Counted from the first letter of the stretch, positions 18,425 to 29,254 are shown. The stretch: 64,000 nucleotides of DNA from Candidatus Hydrogenedentota bacterium (GCA_963668025.2 CAXXTH010000022.1:1-64000), one strand, 5' to 3'. Numbers and translations are program-made. The notes: a model not told the origin generated them from the sequence alone.

Positions 18425-19882
18425 CTATCCATCGTGTAACGCGCCATCACCACCTCCTCGCCGTTCCTCCGTCTCGGGGGGAGCCGCCGCCGAGCGCCGC
18501 CCATTCAGGATCTCGCGAACCTCCTGAACCTTTTTCTCGGACACATCAAGCGTCGTCAGCAGCATTGCCGATAGGGAAATCATGGCAGCCGGAAGCAATG
18601 CGACGATGAGGCGCAGCCGGTACAAGGCTTCTGGGGTCTGTGTCTTGGCCTTCTGATCAATGCCCGAAATATCGAGAACCACGCCGGCGAGCAAGACGGT
18701 GAGAGAAAGAACCAGGTTGATAATCAGCCCGAAACTGGCGCCGAAGATCCCTTCCCGGCGCAATCCCGTCGCCAGTTCGTCGAGATCGCAGATGTCGGCC
18801 ATGATCGCCATGGGATACACTTGGATGGCCGGAAGAGCAAAGGCCAGGATCACGGAGGCCAGTAACTGAAGATGCGGGTGAGAGGGAACAAACAGGAACC
18901 AGGTGGAACCCGCGCCGGCCACGCCGATCACCATGCAAGACACGAACGCCCATTTCTTGCCGAGCCGCGTCCCGAGCCATGTAATGGGGAAAATGGTACC
19001 CAGCATCAGCGATGCGCAAAGGGCGCCACGGACGAATTCGAGCCGTGACGCCGCCTCGAGATCACCGTTGTAAACATAGTACGAACTGAGGATCGGATAC
19101 AGCGGGATGATGACGTATAAGCCGAGCACGTACAGGCTTATGGCCGCACACAATATGAGAAACTGCTTGTTCGTGAGCATGCACCGCAACGCACGGAAAA
19201 GTCCGATCCGGCTTTGCGATTGCGCGGCAGGCGCTTCTCGTGTGCCAAGAACCGTCATGATCGCTGCCAACGCGGCGACGGTTCCAAATACTAGGCCTGT
19301 GATCCGCATGCCGGTTCTTGGCGAACCCCATACCTCGTGAAACGTGATCCACATGGAGGAGCCGGCCACCATGCCCCCGATGGCGGTGAAAAAGGCCCTG
19401 AACGCCATGACACGCGTCCGTTCGTGATAGTCCGCGCTCAACTCAAGCCCGAGGCCGCAGTACGGTATGGCGAACACCGTGTATGCGGTGAAATAGAAGA
19501 TGGACATTGCGAAGAAGTAGCCAAGGACGCCTTTTTCTTCAAGGAATGCCGGTGGAGACATGGTCAGATAGAACAGGATGCCCGTAGCGATCCCGCCAGC
19601 CAGTATGTAGGGCCTCCGGCGCCCCCACCGGCAACGCGTATTGTCCGAGATGTTTCCCATCAGTGGATGCAAGATCGCATCCCATACGCGCGGGAGCAAC
19701 ATGATCGTGCCGATGGTCGTCATATTCATCTTGAGGGCAAGCGTGTAAAGCGTTCCCGCCGCCAAGATTCCGTTGGCCATCACCGAGTCTCCAAGCCCCC
19801 CGATGCCATAGCACACCTTGCTGCTAAACGGCAGGAATGCCTTGTCTCGCCGGCCATGTAGGCTCTTGATCTTATTCAACAT
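18425..19882 (-). CDS. GPH-family (MelB-like) MFS sugar:cation symporter
   Basis: ISDNTRCRWGRRRPY, ELSADYHERT, MADICDLDELATGLRREG. Confidence 0.92.
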   Translation of the reverse strand: MLNKIKSLHGRRDKAFLPFSSKVCYGIGGLGDSVMANGILAAGTLYTLALKMNMTTIGTIMLLPRVWDAILHPLMGNISDNTRCRWGRRRPYILAGGIATGILFYLTMSPPAFLEEKGVLGYFFAMSIFYFTAYTVFAIPYCGLGLELSADYHERTRVMAFRAFFTAIGGMVAGSSMWITFHEVWGSPRTGMRITGLVFGTVAALAAIMTVLGTREAPAAQSQSRIGLFRALRCMLTNKQFLILCAAISLYVLGLYVIIPLYPILSSYYVYNGDLEAASRLEFVRGALCASLMLGTIFPITWLGTRLGKKWAFVSCMVIGVAGAGSTWFLFVPSHPHLQLLASVILAFALPAIQVYPMAIMADICDLDELATGLRREGIFGASFGLIINLVLSLTVLLAGVVLDISGIDQKAKTQTPEALYRLRLIVALLPAAMISLSAMLLTTLDVSEKKVQEVREILNGRRSAAAPPETEERRGGGDGALHDG

Positions 19883-20136
19883 CGCAACGCCCGCCGGTTA
19901 CCGCCCCCTCTTTACCGTTCTTCTCCGCTGTATGGGACCAGACTACAAAGGGAAAACGAACCGCGCGCGAATGTGCAACTCGTGTCCGTGTACACTGGAA
20001 AACGGCATGTAACTGAGCGACACTCGGATTCATGCATCTTTGTCCTTTTTGATACGTTGTATCCAAATAGCCAGAGTTGTTATGATGGAATATTCTAGTA
20101 CACATACATTAAAAGCTAGCAGGGCTTGGCGCACAC

Positions 20137-21663
20137 TCAGCCGTGCAACTGAAGGCATACCACCGCAAGTCCCAGCGCGGGCACTCGCAACTGCACCATA
20201 TCTGATCCGAGCATCCGCGCTTCGCCCGGCACGGGAGCGATAACGCCTGGGTTGTCCCAAGAATTCTCCACCTTCGGGTCGTCGCCGGACAGTAACAAGA
20301 CGCTCGTGACGCCTTTCAGCTCGCGGCCGGTGAGCGCCACATTCACGATGGCGTCCTGCTCCTGGCTTCGATTGACCAAGAAGACCGCCGCCTCTCCACT
20401 GCCTGCGTCATAGGACGCCGATGCGTCAAGTACGGGCACGGAACCGAGTTCTCCTGCCTCATAGGTAGGGCATTCAACGACGGGGTCCAGCGAAAGGCCG
20501 CGCGCGTGCGCCGAGTAGAGCGCGAGAGGGTAGTAGATGCTTTGAAGCAGAATACCATCGGGCCTCGTAAGGATAGGCGCAATGACATTGACAATCTGCG
20601 CCACACAAGCGATCTTCACTAGATCTGCATGACGGATAAAACTATTTAAATACTGCGCAACCACCAATGCATCCTCGAGATTGTACATTTCCTCGAGCAA
20701 AGGCGGAGCGAATTGCCACCAAGCATAGTCCTCGTCGTGCTTGCGATACCAGACGTTCCACTCATCAAACGCCACGCAGACCTGCTTCCTGCTTTTCTTT
20801 CTGGCGCGGACATACCGGATGACCGCCCCGTAGTCTTCAAGAACCTGGTCGATGACAACGCCCTCGGCGAGAAACTGCTGGGAGTTGTTGTCACGGTTGT
20901 GGCTGTACCTATGGCACGAGATATAGTCAACCGTGTCCCAGCACCGTTCGAGTATCACGCGGTCCCATTCCAGATAGGTGGGCATCACGGAGGCGGTCGA
21001 CCCCGTCACGATAAGCTCGATGGCCGGGTCTAGACCCTTCATGAGCTGGCCAGCCTGAAGTGCCCTGTTCGCGTAAACCTCGGCCGGTACATGGCCCGCC
21101 TGCCAAGGGCCGTCCATCTCGTTTCCGAGGCCCCATGTTTTCACGGCGTAGGGCTCTTTGTTCCCATTGGCCACGCGCTGGTCTGACCAGTACGTTCTGC
21201 CAGGCAAATTGCAGTATTCCAGCAAGGCTGCCGCCTCTCTCGCGTCCGCGGTTCCCAGATTGACGACCATGATCGGATCGACTTCAAGGCGCTTTGACCA
21301 CGCCATGAACTCATCGACGCCAAAGGTGTTGGGCTCGATCGTTTTCCACGCAAAATCAGGCCTCGCGGGACGTTGGGCCTGGGGGCCGATTCCATCGCGC
21401 CAGTCATAGTTGCTCACGAAGTTTCCCCCTGGATATCGTACCAGGGCCATATCCATGCCCTTGAGCGCATCCAGAACGTCGCCTCTGAACCCCTCCGCGT
21501 CGCTGAGCGAATTGCCTGGCTCATAGACGCCACCGTAGACGGCGCGGCCGATATGTTCGAGAAAGCCCGAGAAAATACGCCGGTCTATCGCCCCGGCTAA
21601 ACGGCAAACATCCAATTTCACGAATGCCTTCATTAAGAACTCCTTGCTGTCATGCATGTTCAT
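20137..21663 (-). CDS. GH51 alpha-L-arabinofuranosidase (start may be 21633)
   Basis: FLEHIGRAVYGG, RYPGGNF, WGLGNEMDGPWQ, FDEWNVW. Confidence 0.95.
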   Translation of the reverse strand: MNMHDSKEFLMKAFVKLDVCRLAGAIDRRIFSGFLEHIGRAVYGGVYEPGNSLSDAEGFRGDVLDALKGMDMALVRYPGGNFVSNYDWRDGIGPQAQRPARPDFAWKTIEPNTFGVDEFMAWSKRLEVDPIMVVNLGTADAREAAALLEYCNLPGRTYWSDQRVANGNKEPYAVKTWGLGNEMDGPWQAGHVPAEVYANRALQAGQLMKGLDPAIELIVTGSTASVMPTYLEWDRVILERCWDTVDYISCHRYSHNRDNNSQQFLAEGVVIDQVLEDYGAVIRYVRARKKSRKQVCVAFDEWNVWYRKHDEDYAWWQFAPPLLEEMYNLEDALVVAQYLNSFIRHADLVKIACVAQIVNVIAPILTRPDGILLQSIYYPLALYSAHARGLSLDPVVECPTYEAGELGSVPVLDASASYDAGSGEAAVFLVNRSQEQDAIVNVALTGRELKGVTSVLLLSGDDPKVENSWDNPGVIAPVPGEARMLGSDMVQLRVPALGLAVVCLQLHG

Positions 21664-21795
21664 TTCCTGGAAACCGCAAGATGAGCGTCACCCAAACCTC
21701 TGGGCGGCTCTCCGCAATCCGAATGATCCATGCAATCATAGCACCGATTTTCGTCCGGTGCGGGTGATTTGTTTGGCCGCACATCCATTGCCGCT

Positions 21796-21855
21796 CCGTT
21801 GAGCGGGTGAGCCGTTGGGACAAAACCCTTGTCCACGGCCCAACCGCTCATACGG
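21796..21855. promoter_or_regulatory. Long imperfect intercistronic stem-loop
   Basis: CCGT/ACGG, TGAGCGG/CCGCTCA, GCCGT/ACGGC and GGACAA/TTGTCC nested pairings. Confidence 0.6.
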
Positions 21856-21893
21856 TCCCAAACCGTCTTAAAAAGACCCGTCCGCCGCTGGCA

Positions 21894-23144
21894 TTAGCGC
21901 CTGCGCCTGCGCAGCGCCGACCTTGTGAAGGCCACCACGCCGACGGCCAATGCCACTAGGCCGGCAAGTCCCGCGACCGGAAGCTCTCCGGCCGTGCCAT
22001 CGCTGTCCAGTGAGGTGGCCGCTTCGACGTAGTCGTCAACCGTTCCACCCCACGCCATGACGTTGTCATATTCCTGCTTGTTTGACACACCATCGCCGTC
22101 ATAGTCGCCCGTCGCCGACAACGATTCCGTGGTGGTCTTCGTGGGCGCATAGGTCGTATATGGTCCGGTGAACTGGAGCCCCGCCACGCCCGCCACATTC
22201 ACACTATCCATGGTTACCATGGCGCCGAGGAAATTGGCGTAGTCGGCTCCTCCGAACAGGGCGCTTTTCCACGCGTCATACTGGGTCTCGCCCAGCATGG
22301 TGGTCCGGTTTTGGCTGTAGAGGTCGGCAAGCGCCGTATTCTGGTCCACGCAAAGGGCATAGAAGAAGAGCGCGAGTTCATGCTTATCGAGGATGCCGTT
22401 ATCCCAAGAATCCTGCGTTTCTGAGGTGCCATGGAACGCGTTCGCCCAGGTTTCCAGATTCGCATACACACCATCCTCGATGACGCCGCATTCCGCGAAG
22501 GGGTCCACCACGCTTCCACCGCCACATGGAGGAATGAGCCAACCAGGCAGATCCAGATAATTACAGAACGACTCGTCTATCGTGCCGTTTTCGAAGCCGC
22601 TATTTCCCAGTTGCTCGCTTCCCCCGTTGTACGTCACGGAGACATCGTCAACAAGTACAATTCCGTTCCCGTCCTCTCCGTTGAGATCCGCGCCATTGGC
22701 GGCCCGAATCTCCACAATCAGTGCAAGCCGGTAGTAGAGCGTTCCCGTTGCCGTCAGCTTGGTCCACCCGGCTGTACCGCCTACAAGATCCGGTATACTG
22801 GAGGGAAAATCGAATATGACGATTCCCGCTTCGTTGAACGGCACAACAACGACTCGGACCGAACGGTCATCCGGTAGGGCTGACACGTCCACGTACGCAC
22901 TGAATGTATATGTGCCCGTGTCCGTGATGCCCGTCCTCCATAGAATGAGTTGGGGGTTTCCGTTTGGCGGATCACAGGTGCCATCTCCCTCAGGGACATT
23001 TCCGGTGGCTGGGCCCCATACGAGTTTCATGTCGCCACCGTGTGCGTTCCCTGAAGTGACCTGCACTTGTCCCGCTGCAAAGGCATTCATGCCCAGCATC
23101 GACAACCATGCGACCAGGGCCAACAGTAAGGCGATCCTCTTCAT
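21894..23144 (-). CDS. Secreted CBM-like protein with DxDGDG Ca-binding motif and LPVAG-TM-RRR C-terminal sorting tail
   Basis: AAGGAG RBS before ATG 23144; signal peptide MKRIALL...NAFA; NSGFENG; GDYDGDGVSNKQEY; LPVAGLAGLVALAVGVVAFTRSALRRRRR*. Confidence 0.8.
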   Translation of the reverse strand: MKRIALLLALVAWLSMLGMNAFAAGQVQVTSGNAHGGDMKLVWGPATGNVPEGDGTCDPPNGNPQLILWRTGITDTGTYTFSAYVDVSALPDDRSVRVVVVPFNEAGIVIFDFPSSIPDLVGGTAGWTKLTATGTLYYRLALIVEIRAANGADLNGEDGNGIVLVDDVSVTYNGGSEQLGNSGFENGTIDESFCNYLDLPGWLIPPCGGGSVVDPFAECGVIEDGVYANLETWANAFHGTSETQDSWDNGILDKHELALFFYALCVDQNTALADLYSQNRTTMLGETQYDAWKSALFGGADYANFLGAMVTMDSVNVAGVAGLQFTGPYTTYAPTKTTTESLSATGDYDGDGVSNKQEYDNVMAWGGTVDDYVEAATSLDSDGTAGELPVAGLAGLVALAVGVVAFTRSALRRRRR

Positions 23145-23890
23145 GAATTGCACTCCTTTTCTTCGGGTTTCATTTCCATCAACACCACGACTCCAAAATC
23201 CTGTCTCAGAGTTGTTTTGCAGAGTCCCAAATGGCCAGCCCATCCCCAGCCAAGACGCGTATCCCTGCTCCTGAGAATACCGTGCGCCTGCCACCTCCTT
23301 CCTCCATTCTCCCTCCCATATGTTATGCACTAGACCTCAGAAATGACCAGAACAATCAACGCGATTAATCTAGTCAATATAACCACTCCTACTATCCAAT
23401 CGAGCCGAAGGAGGCGACGCCTCGGGATGTTTCTCTCCAACGAACGCCTCCCATTGCACGGACCAGCCCTCGATGTGGGTATTCTTCTATTCCACGCACG
23501 ACGCCAAAGCTGGGTTTTGCCTTGCCATCTACTCGAAAACCGAGATTAATCTATCACAAGATAGGCCTGTTGTCAAACATTAAAACATCCTTTTATGGCT
23601 AATTGATATATACTTATATTCGAATCCGCCATGCACATTCGCCTCGCATCGCGATTCCCGTGAGGGCCACCACCGCGCCGACCAGCACCTGACCCCGCCG
23701 CACCCGCGCTCACCCACCCTCCTTTCAAACGAGATTTTCTTTGTAAGCCATTATTATTAAGTATTTTATGACGCACTACTGGACACAGAATTCATTGTCT
23801 ATATTTTCTGCCTCACGTACTGCACCTCGGAGAACGCGCTTATTTGGCGACCATCATCGCGGGGCATCACCTCGCACCACGAAATTGGGC

Positions 23891-23948
23891 TTGACAAATA
23901 CTATCCATTTCACTATTATAAGAACAGTCTAATTGATGATTTTAGACT
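23891..23948 (+). promoter_or_regulatory. Sigma-70 promoter with a downstream inverted repeat (candidate operator)
   Basis: TTGACA (23891-96), 17-bp spacer, TATTAT (23914-19); AGTCTAA-N9-TTAGACT at 23926-23948. Confidence 0.6.
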
Positions 23949-24295
23949 AGTACATTTTAGGTAGGGATATGGACTGCGGTTCCAGCGACAGTGCGGTACT
24001 TCGGGAAGCATCTATCAGCGCCCGTTTTAGGTCGCCTCGTGCGGACAGCCCGTCGTTGGGAATCAGAGCACTCAAGGCGGGCGGCCACACCAAATGGAGT
24101 CATTGGGCATATCAATAAGCCGCCATGGAGCGCCCAATTCGCGCCCGGCGGCAATGAAAGGAGCTGGCTTGGAATAGAACAAGGAGTAGTCCATAATGGG
24201 GTTGCATGCAAGTGTAAGAAAGCGGATGTTGTGTATAATCGGGCGGAAGGCTGGCAGGTTTAGGCTGGACACGCTCAACAAGCAAGGATGTATGG

Positions 24296-25432
24296 ATGGA
24301 GTCTGAGTTGAAATACGCCCAAGTCATGGAAGCGCTTAAGGAGCACATCCGTAAGCACTGTGTGGTGGGATCGAAAATCCCCCCGACGGTCACGCTCGAA
24401 AAAGAGTTTGGCGTCAGCCGGGGAACGATCAACCGCGCCATGAGGGAGCTGGTGTCCGATGGGCGGTTGGAACGACTCAGAGGCAAGGGTACATTTGTTG
24501 CCAACAGCGCTGCGGACATCGGGTTCCTTTGGCCCAACAGTTCCACTGCGTGGTCAGAGACCCCGTATGCGATTCCGGTCCTGCATGGGGTGGAGGAGCA
24601 GGCGCGCAACCAGAAGAGGCGTCTTCTGGTGCGGGCAGTAGGCAACAGTGACAGTCTGGGATTTCTCGGAAAAGACGTCCGTGGAGTAGGCGGCGTGATC
24701 ATTATATTCAATACAGATCGCCTAGTGATAGAGCGGTTTCACCAATACGAGATCCCTGTTGTCATCGTAGACCCCTTGCTGAGGACGTCCGGAGTGCCGT
24801 TTGTTACGAGCGACCACTTCGCCGCTACCTATCAGATGACGCTCCATCTGGCTCGGCTCGGGCACAAACGCATTGCCCATGTCACGCCGGCCAGTTCGAT
24901 AACGACCATTCCCATTTTCGAGCGTATCCACGGCTACAATGAAGCCATGCGTGAAGCCGGTCTGGAGCAATGGCGTTATGTCCACCACACCTCATCCACC
25001 CAAGCGACAAGCGCACACCCGGAAAGCTGGAACGGTAGTGGGGACCAGCAGGCGGAGGCGTTTATCGAGGCGATTCGGGAACATCGTATCACAGCGTGCT
25101 GTTGCTACGATGATCTGGTCGCTTGTTGGGTCATCCGAGCATGCCATAGCCATGGCGTCAATGTCCCCCGCGATGTAAGCGTGGGCGGAGTGAACGACAC
25201 GGCTTTGGCCACACACATCTGGCCGCCTCTCACCACCATGCACCTCAACACGGAAGAATTGGGACGGCGCGCCGTTCAGCTTCTCACCGACCTAATCGAC
25301 CGGCATTGTCTCACGGGTATCGGTGAGACCTTGCCTGTCCGTTTAGTGGAAAGGGCTTCGACAAGAGCCCGGAGCCATGACGGGTTCGATGAGCAGGCCG
25401 CATTCCCTTCTATACCGGAGTTCGGAAACTAG
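24296..25432 (+). CDS. AraR-type regulator (GntR wHTH plus LacI-type sensor domain)
   Basis: [23 protein letters not shown]...RGKGTFV; [30 protein letters not shown]. Confidence 0.93.
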   Translation: MESELKYAQVMEALKEHIRKHCVVGSKIPPTVTLEKEFGVSRGTINRAMRELVSDGRLERLRGKGTFVANSAADIGFLWPNSSTAWSETPYAIPVLHGVEEQARNQKRRLLVRAVGNSDSLGFLGKDVRGVGGVIIIFNTDRLVIERFHQYEIPVVIVDPLLRTSGVPFVTSDHFAATYQMTLHLARLGHKRIAHVTPASSITTIPIFERIHGYNEAMREAGLEQWRYVHHTSSTQATSAHPESWNGSGDQQAEAFIEAIREHRITACCCYDDLVACWVIRACHSHGVNVPRDVSVGGVNDTALATHIWPPLTTMHLNTEELGRRAVQLLTDLIDRHCLTGIGETLPVRLVERASTRARSHDGFDEQAAFPSIPEFGN

Positions 25433-25515
25433 CAGATCGTGGCCGCTCGAATGAAAGAGCCGGCAGAAACGTGCCTAGCAACGGCACAGGTCTACATTTT
25501 CGTGGGAGATCCGTG

Positions 25516-26568
25516 ATGAGAATAAGGAAAGGTTTTACGCTTATTGAGCTTCTCGTGGTGATTGCGATTATCGCCATCCTGGCCGCGATCCTCTTGCCCG
25601 CCTTAGCCCGGGCTCGTGAATCGGCTCGCCGCGCCAGTTGCCAAAGCAATCTCAAACAATGGGGCATTATCTGCAAGATGTACGGCAACGAAGTCAAAGG
25701 CGCCAAGTTCCCGCCCTTGAGCCAGTATATCTTCGCACTGTCGCCGAGCGCGCGGGCACTGTATCCCGACTACTGGAACGACTGGCATATCGGCATCTGC
25801 CCCTCCGATTCCCTGGGAGGCACCGGCAGTTACCTGGTCACCGACGGGGGAACTTTCCCCGTCACCATGCAGAACGCCCGCGAACGCCTCAGTGAATGCG
25901 GGCCCATCGGAACCAACGCTATTCTGGACTTTCCAATGTCCTATATCTATCTCCCCTACATGGCCGAGGAATCGTGGGAGTTCTGCTTCTACTATCCGTC
26001 CTGGCTGTCGTGGTACAAGAAAGGGGCCCCCAATATCGAATCCAAGACCTTCGACTGCAAATTCACTACCAGCCAGAAGGCATTTGCCCTGCCCACCATG
26101 GACCAGGATTGGAGCGCTTCGACAGTCGACCCTACCTACAAAACCTACGCGGTCGTGGGGTGGGACGATATCGCGAAAGGTGCCAAGGTGGCGAGCGGCG
26201 GCAAGGATTATTCCAGTTTCACGCTGCATCAGCTTCGGGAGGGTGTCGAGCGCTTCTTGATCACGGATATCAACAACCCGGCCGCTTCGACCACCTCGCA
26301 GAGCACGCTCCCCGTCATGTGGGATCGCTGGACCATGCAAGGGGACGCCGGGGCCAACATCGCCGGGTTCAACCATGTGCCGGGTGGGTGCAACGTGCTG
26401 TACATGGACGGCCATGTCTCGTTCGTTCGCACGGGCTCCGACTACCCAGTCCCCTCGACGAAGGGCATCTATTCGACGAAGACAGAGACCTTGCTGAATA
26501 CGTCGGAGAAATTCGCGTTTCAGATGGGGCAGACGCAAGCCGCCTTTGGTGGAAACTACAAACCATAA
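25516..26568 (+). CDS. Type IV prepilin-like DUF1559 protein with H-X9-DG-type motif (third paralog)
   Basis: MRIRKG|FTLIELL...; [17 protein letters not shown]; [17 protein letters not shown]. Confidence 0.92.
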   Translation: MRIRKGFTLIELLVVIAIIAILAAILLPALARARESARRASCQSNLKQWGIICKMYGNEVKGAKFPPLSQYIFALSPSARALYPDYWNDWHIGICPSDSLGGTGSYLVTDGGTFPVTMQNARERLSECGPIGTNAILDFPMSYIYLPYMAEESWEFCFYYPSWLSWYKKGAPNIESKTFDCKFTTSQKAFALPTMDQDWSASTVDPTYKTYAVVGWDDIAKGAKVASGGKDYSSFTLHQLREGVERFLITDINNPAASTTSQSTLPVMWDRWTMQGDAGANIAGFNHVPGGCNVLYMDGHVSFVRTGSDYPVPSTKGIYSTKTETLLNTSEKFAFQMGQTQAAFGGNYKP

Positions 26569-26620
26569 TGCGGCGTCGCGCGGAAAGCGCGTACGAACTC
26601 AACGGTTTTCTGTCGCGCCC

Positions 26621-26655
26621 ACTGCCCGGGGCGGGTGATGCCCCGGGCAGTTTCC
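26621..26655 (+). terminator. GC-rich hairpin (terminator or mRNA stabiliser)
   Basis: ACTGCCCGGGGC/GCCCCGGGCAGT 12-bp perfect stem, short T tract. Confidence 0.6.
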
Positions 26656-26839
26656 GTTAAGGCAGCGCCAAGCCGTATGCAGCGAGACGGCGCCTGAGCT
26701 TCAAGACAATTCCAGATGCCGTAGCACGGTCGTCCCGCTTATGCGCATGGCCGAGATGGCGATGCCACGAGAGAGGCAACGCCATTTGTGGTGCTACTCC
26801 CTATCTTTGACCGCTCCAGAATAACCACTCGGAAGGGAA

Positions 26840-28975
26840 ATGGAAACTATGCCTTATACGGCTCTGATTCGATTCATCGTGCTGCTTTGCGTGCTGTTTG
26901 GAGCGGCAATCACATCCACCGCCGGACCCCAAACGCCTTCCTGGGCCGACGAGGTGCAGACCTATGGCATGCTGCCGCTGACGCCCCAAGAGGCCAGCGA
27001 ATTCCACGTGAGTGTGAACGGCTTATGGGCAGGCTTCGGCGGCGCCGACCCCATTCTGCCATTCCCGCCATACATTTCGACCGTCGGAAAGGCCTATGGC
27101 ACGGACGCCGCCGCGTTCGCGGATGCTTGTCATAAGGCAGGCCTTATCGTGGTGTGCGGCATCAACGGCATCGAGGGGATGGCGGGCATCCGTGAACGCC
27201 TGGGCGACTGGGAAGCGATGGCATGCCGCGACGCCGATGGGAAGACCGTGCTCTGGGGCAACCCGGATGAGAAATGCTACATCATGTGCACCAACAACCC
27301 GGATTGGGTTAACTTCGAGATCGCGTACGGTAAGGAAGGCATCGACCACGGCGCCGACCTTATCCTGCTCGATACGCCGCAAAGCCAAGCCATCGCCAAC
27401 GCCTCATGCCAGTGTGGATATTGCGATCACTGCATGGCGGCGTTTCGTGCGCATCTGACGTCAAAATATACCCCCGAGCAGATCAAGGTTCAGTTTGGAA
27501 TCGACACTTTGGACAATGCCGTACTCGTCGCACACCTTCGGGCGTCGGCCAAGCCTGAGGGCAATGAACTGGAATACGTGAACCGGGCGACGAAAAATCC
27601 ACTGTTCGACGAGTACTTCCGGTTCCAGGAAGCCGCCAGTTTCGAGACGCGCCAGGCTTTGTTCAACGCCCTCCGAACATACGCAGCCTCGAAGGGACGC
27701 CAAGTGGCATTTTCGGCCAACACGTTCAACCTCTCCACGGTGAATCCCTTCGGTTACTGGTACCGCGGGCTGATGTTCGCGGATCTCGTGGATCTCTTTG
27801 CATACGAACTGAGCTACTGCCCAACGGGCCTGCCGTTCGAAAACACGCACGCGCCCCGTGGAAAGCTGGCCGCCTACCACCGCCTGGCGTACTCGGTTCT
27901 GGGCCGGCGCTCCCCCGCCGTGATGCCGGCCGGCAGCATAGGCAAGATGCTCAAGGATGTCATGGGCGGTTCGACGATGAACGCATGGATGGGCGTCCTT
28001 ACCGCGGAAGCCTATGCGGCAAACGGCGCTTACACCATGTACTACTTCGAGGCCCCGCCGGGAAACACGCAGTTCAAAGATAAGCTTTGGCGCGACTCGA
28101 TCAAGATCGCGGGATTCGTCCAGGCGCACAAGGATCTCTTTGAAGGCCCCTTATCCAGCGGTTCCCCCGTGGCTTTCCTGTTTCAGCTCAACGAACGCGG
28201 GCGCTGCATACCGGCGGCGTTCCCCTCCTATCTAGGCATGGCGCAAGGGCTCACGGAAGGCGGCTATCCCTTCGACGTGGTGTTCGCGGGCGATGGCAAC
28301 TACGTTTCGGACCGCCTAAGCACCAAAAATCTCAAGCCCTACAAGACCTTGATCATACCTTCGCCCATCGCGCCCACGGAGAACCAGGAACAGGTGATCG
28401 GCGAGTTCGTGCGCGCAGGCGGAACGCTGGTGTGCCACGAACCAAATCGGCTGGGCCTGTCCGGCGAGGCCAAACCCGTCGAAACGCCTCCTTTCGAAAA
28501 CGCGTTTAGCTATGGAAATGGCGTGGTCATGACCCTCCGGGGAACCATATCCGACACCGCCATGGACGGCGACGCCGGGGCCCATTTCCTGCGCGATTAT
28601 GATGAGCCGTCGCGGCAGGAATTGTATGCCATGGCGGAACGCCTGGACCTGGCGCCGATGTTGCCACACACCGGCGAAGGGCAAGTCTGCGCGTTTCCCA
28701 TTGCGCAGCCCGGCCAAGGACGGGTGATTGTCCACCTCGTCAACTACGATGTGGACTACGACACGGATGCCGTGCGGTCCATATCCGATTTGCCCGTAAT
28801 GCTCAGCGCGTGCGCGTACGAAGGGATGGAGCCTCCGGCGATGGCAACGATCCACGCTCCAGGTCTCGATGCCCCACAGATGGTGGAGGTCACGCGCACA
28901 GACAAAGGCGTCTCCTGCATAGTGCCCAAGATCGATACCATGGCCACGGTCGTGTTCCGCGCAAACCAGAATTGA
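26840..28975 (+). CDS. Secreted glycoside-hydrolase-like protein (TIM barrel plus GH42-type trimerisation domain)
   Basis: Signal peptide; MCTNNPDW, CQCGYCDHC metal motif, YPFDVV...LIIPS...FVRAGGTLV, VHLVNY. Confidence 0.65.
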   Translation: METMPYTALIRFIVLLCVLFGAAITSTAGPQTPSWADEVQTYGMLPLTPQEASEFHVSVNGLWAGFGGADPILPFPPYISTVGKAYGTDAAAFADACHKAGLIVVCGINGIEGMAGIRERLGDWEAMACRDADGKTVLWGNPDEKCYIMCTNNPDWVNFEIAYGKEGIDHGADLILLDTPQSQAIANASCQCGYCDHCMAAFRAHLTSKYTPEQIKVQFGIDTLDNAVLVAHLRASAKPEGNELEYVNRATKNPLFDEYFRFQEAASFETRQALFNALRTYAASKGRQVAFSANTFNLSTVNPFGYWYRGLMFADLVDLFAYELSYCPTGLPFENTHAPRGKLAAYHRLAYSVLGRRSPAVMPAGSIGKMLKDVMGGSTMNAWMGVLTAEAYAANGAYTMYYFEAPPGNTQFKDKLWRDSIKIAGFVQAHKDLFEGPLSSGSPVAFLFQLNERGRCIPAAFPSYLGMAQGLTEGGYPFDVVFAGDGNYVSDRLSTKNLKPYKTLIIPSPIAPTENQEQVIGEFVRAGGTLVCHEPNRLGLSGEAKPVETPPFENAFSYGNGVVMTLRGTISDTAMDGDAGAHFLRDYDEPSRQELYAMAERLDLAPMLPHTGEGQVCAFPIAQPGQGRVIVHLVNYDVDYDTDAVRSISDLPVMLSACAYEGMEPPAMATIHAPGLDAPQMVEVTRTDKGVSCIVPKIDTMATVVFRANQN

Positions 28976-29072
28976 AGAGCCGCTTGGCCTGGGCATCTTC
29001 CCATGGCGTATCGCACAATTCCTGCAAGCGCCGGGCGATGCGCTCGCGTCGTGATTCGTACGCCTCCGACGG
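28974..29072 (-). mobile_element. IS66-like transposase relic
   Basis: Minus strand encodes AYESRRERIARRLQELCDTPWEDAQAKRL, resembling an internal IS66 TnpC segment. Confidence 0.5.
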
Positions 29073-29254
29073 GAAAGGGCTTAAGCTCCCACCCCTCCGT
29101 TGCACTTAGAATATGAATCCAGGTTGTCAATAATTCACACACGGCGTTCGCAATCCATTTTCTGATCTGGTATTATCTTCCATCAAATGTGTGGCGCATG
29201 GCGTCCATAGGCGGATCCGATGATACGCCGGGCAGGCCATGCATGGAGGTTCCT

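Noticed and set aside
17104-18504. 466-aa sulfatase-esterase fusion protein
   Set aside because: A strong RBS and signal peptide at 18084 indicate a separate hydrolase; the upstream in-frame part is a sulfatase stump with no catalytic domain
25603-26660. Long overlapping ORFs (311 aa minus strand, 254 aa plus strand)
   Set aside because: Alternative-frame ORFs expected in high-GC coding DNA, with no motifs or RBS
29100-29123. Possible IS1380-like terminal sequence (CCTGGATTCATATT on the minus strand)
   Set aside because: No partner inverted repeat or matching transposase was found in the window
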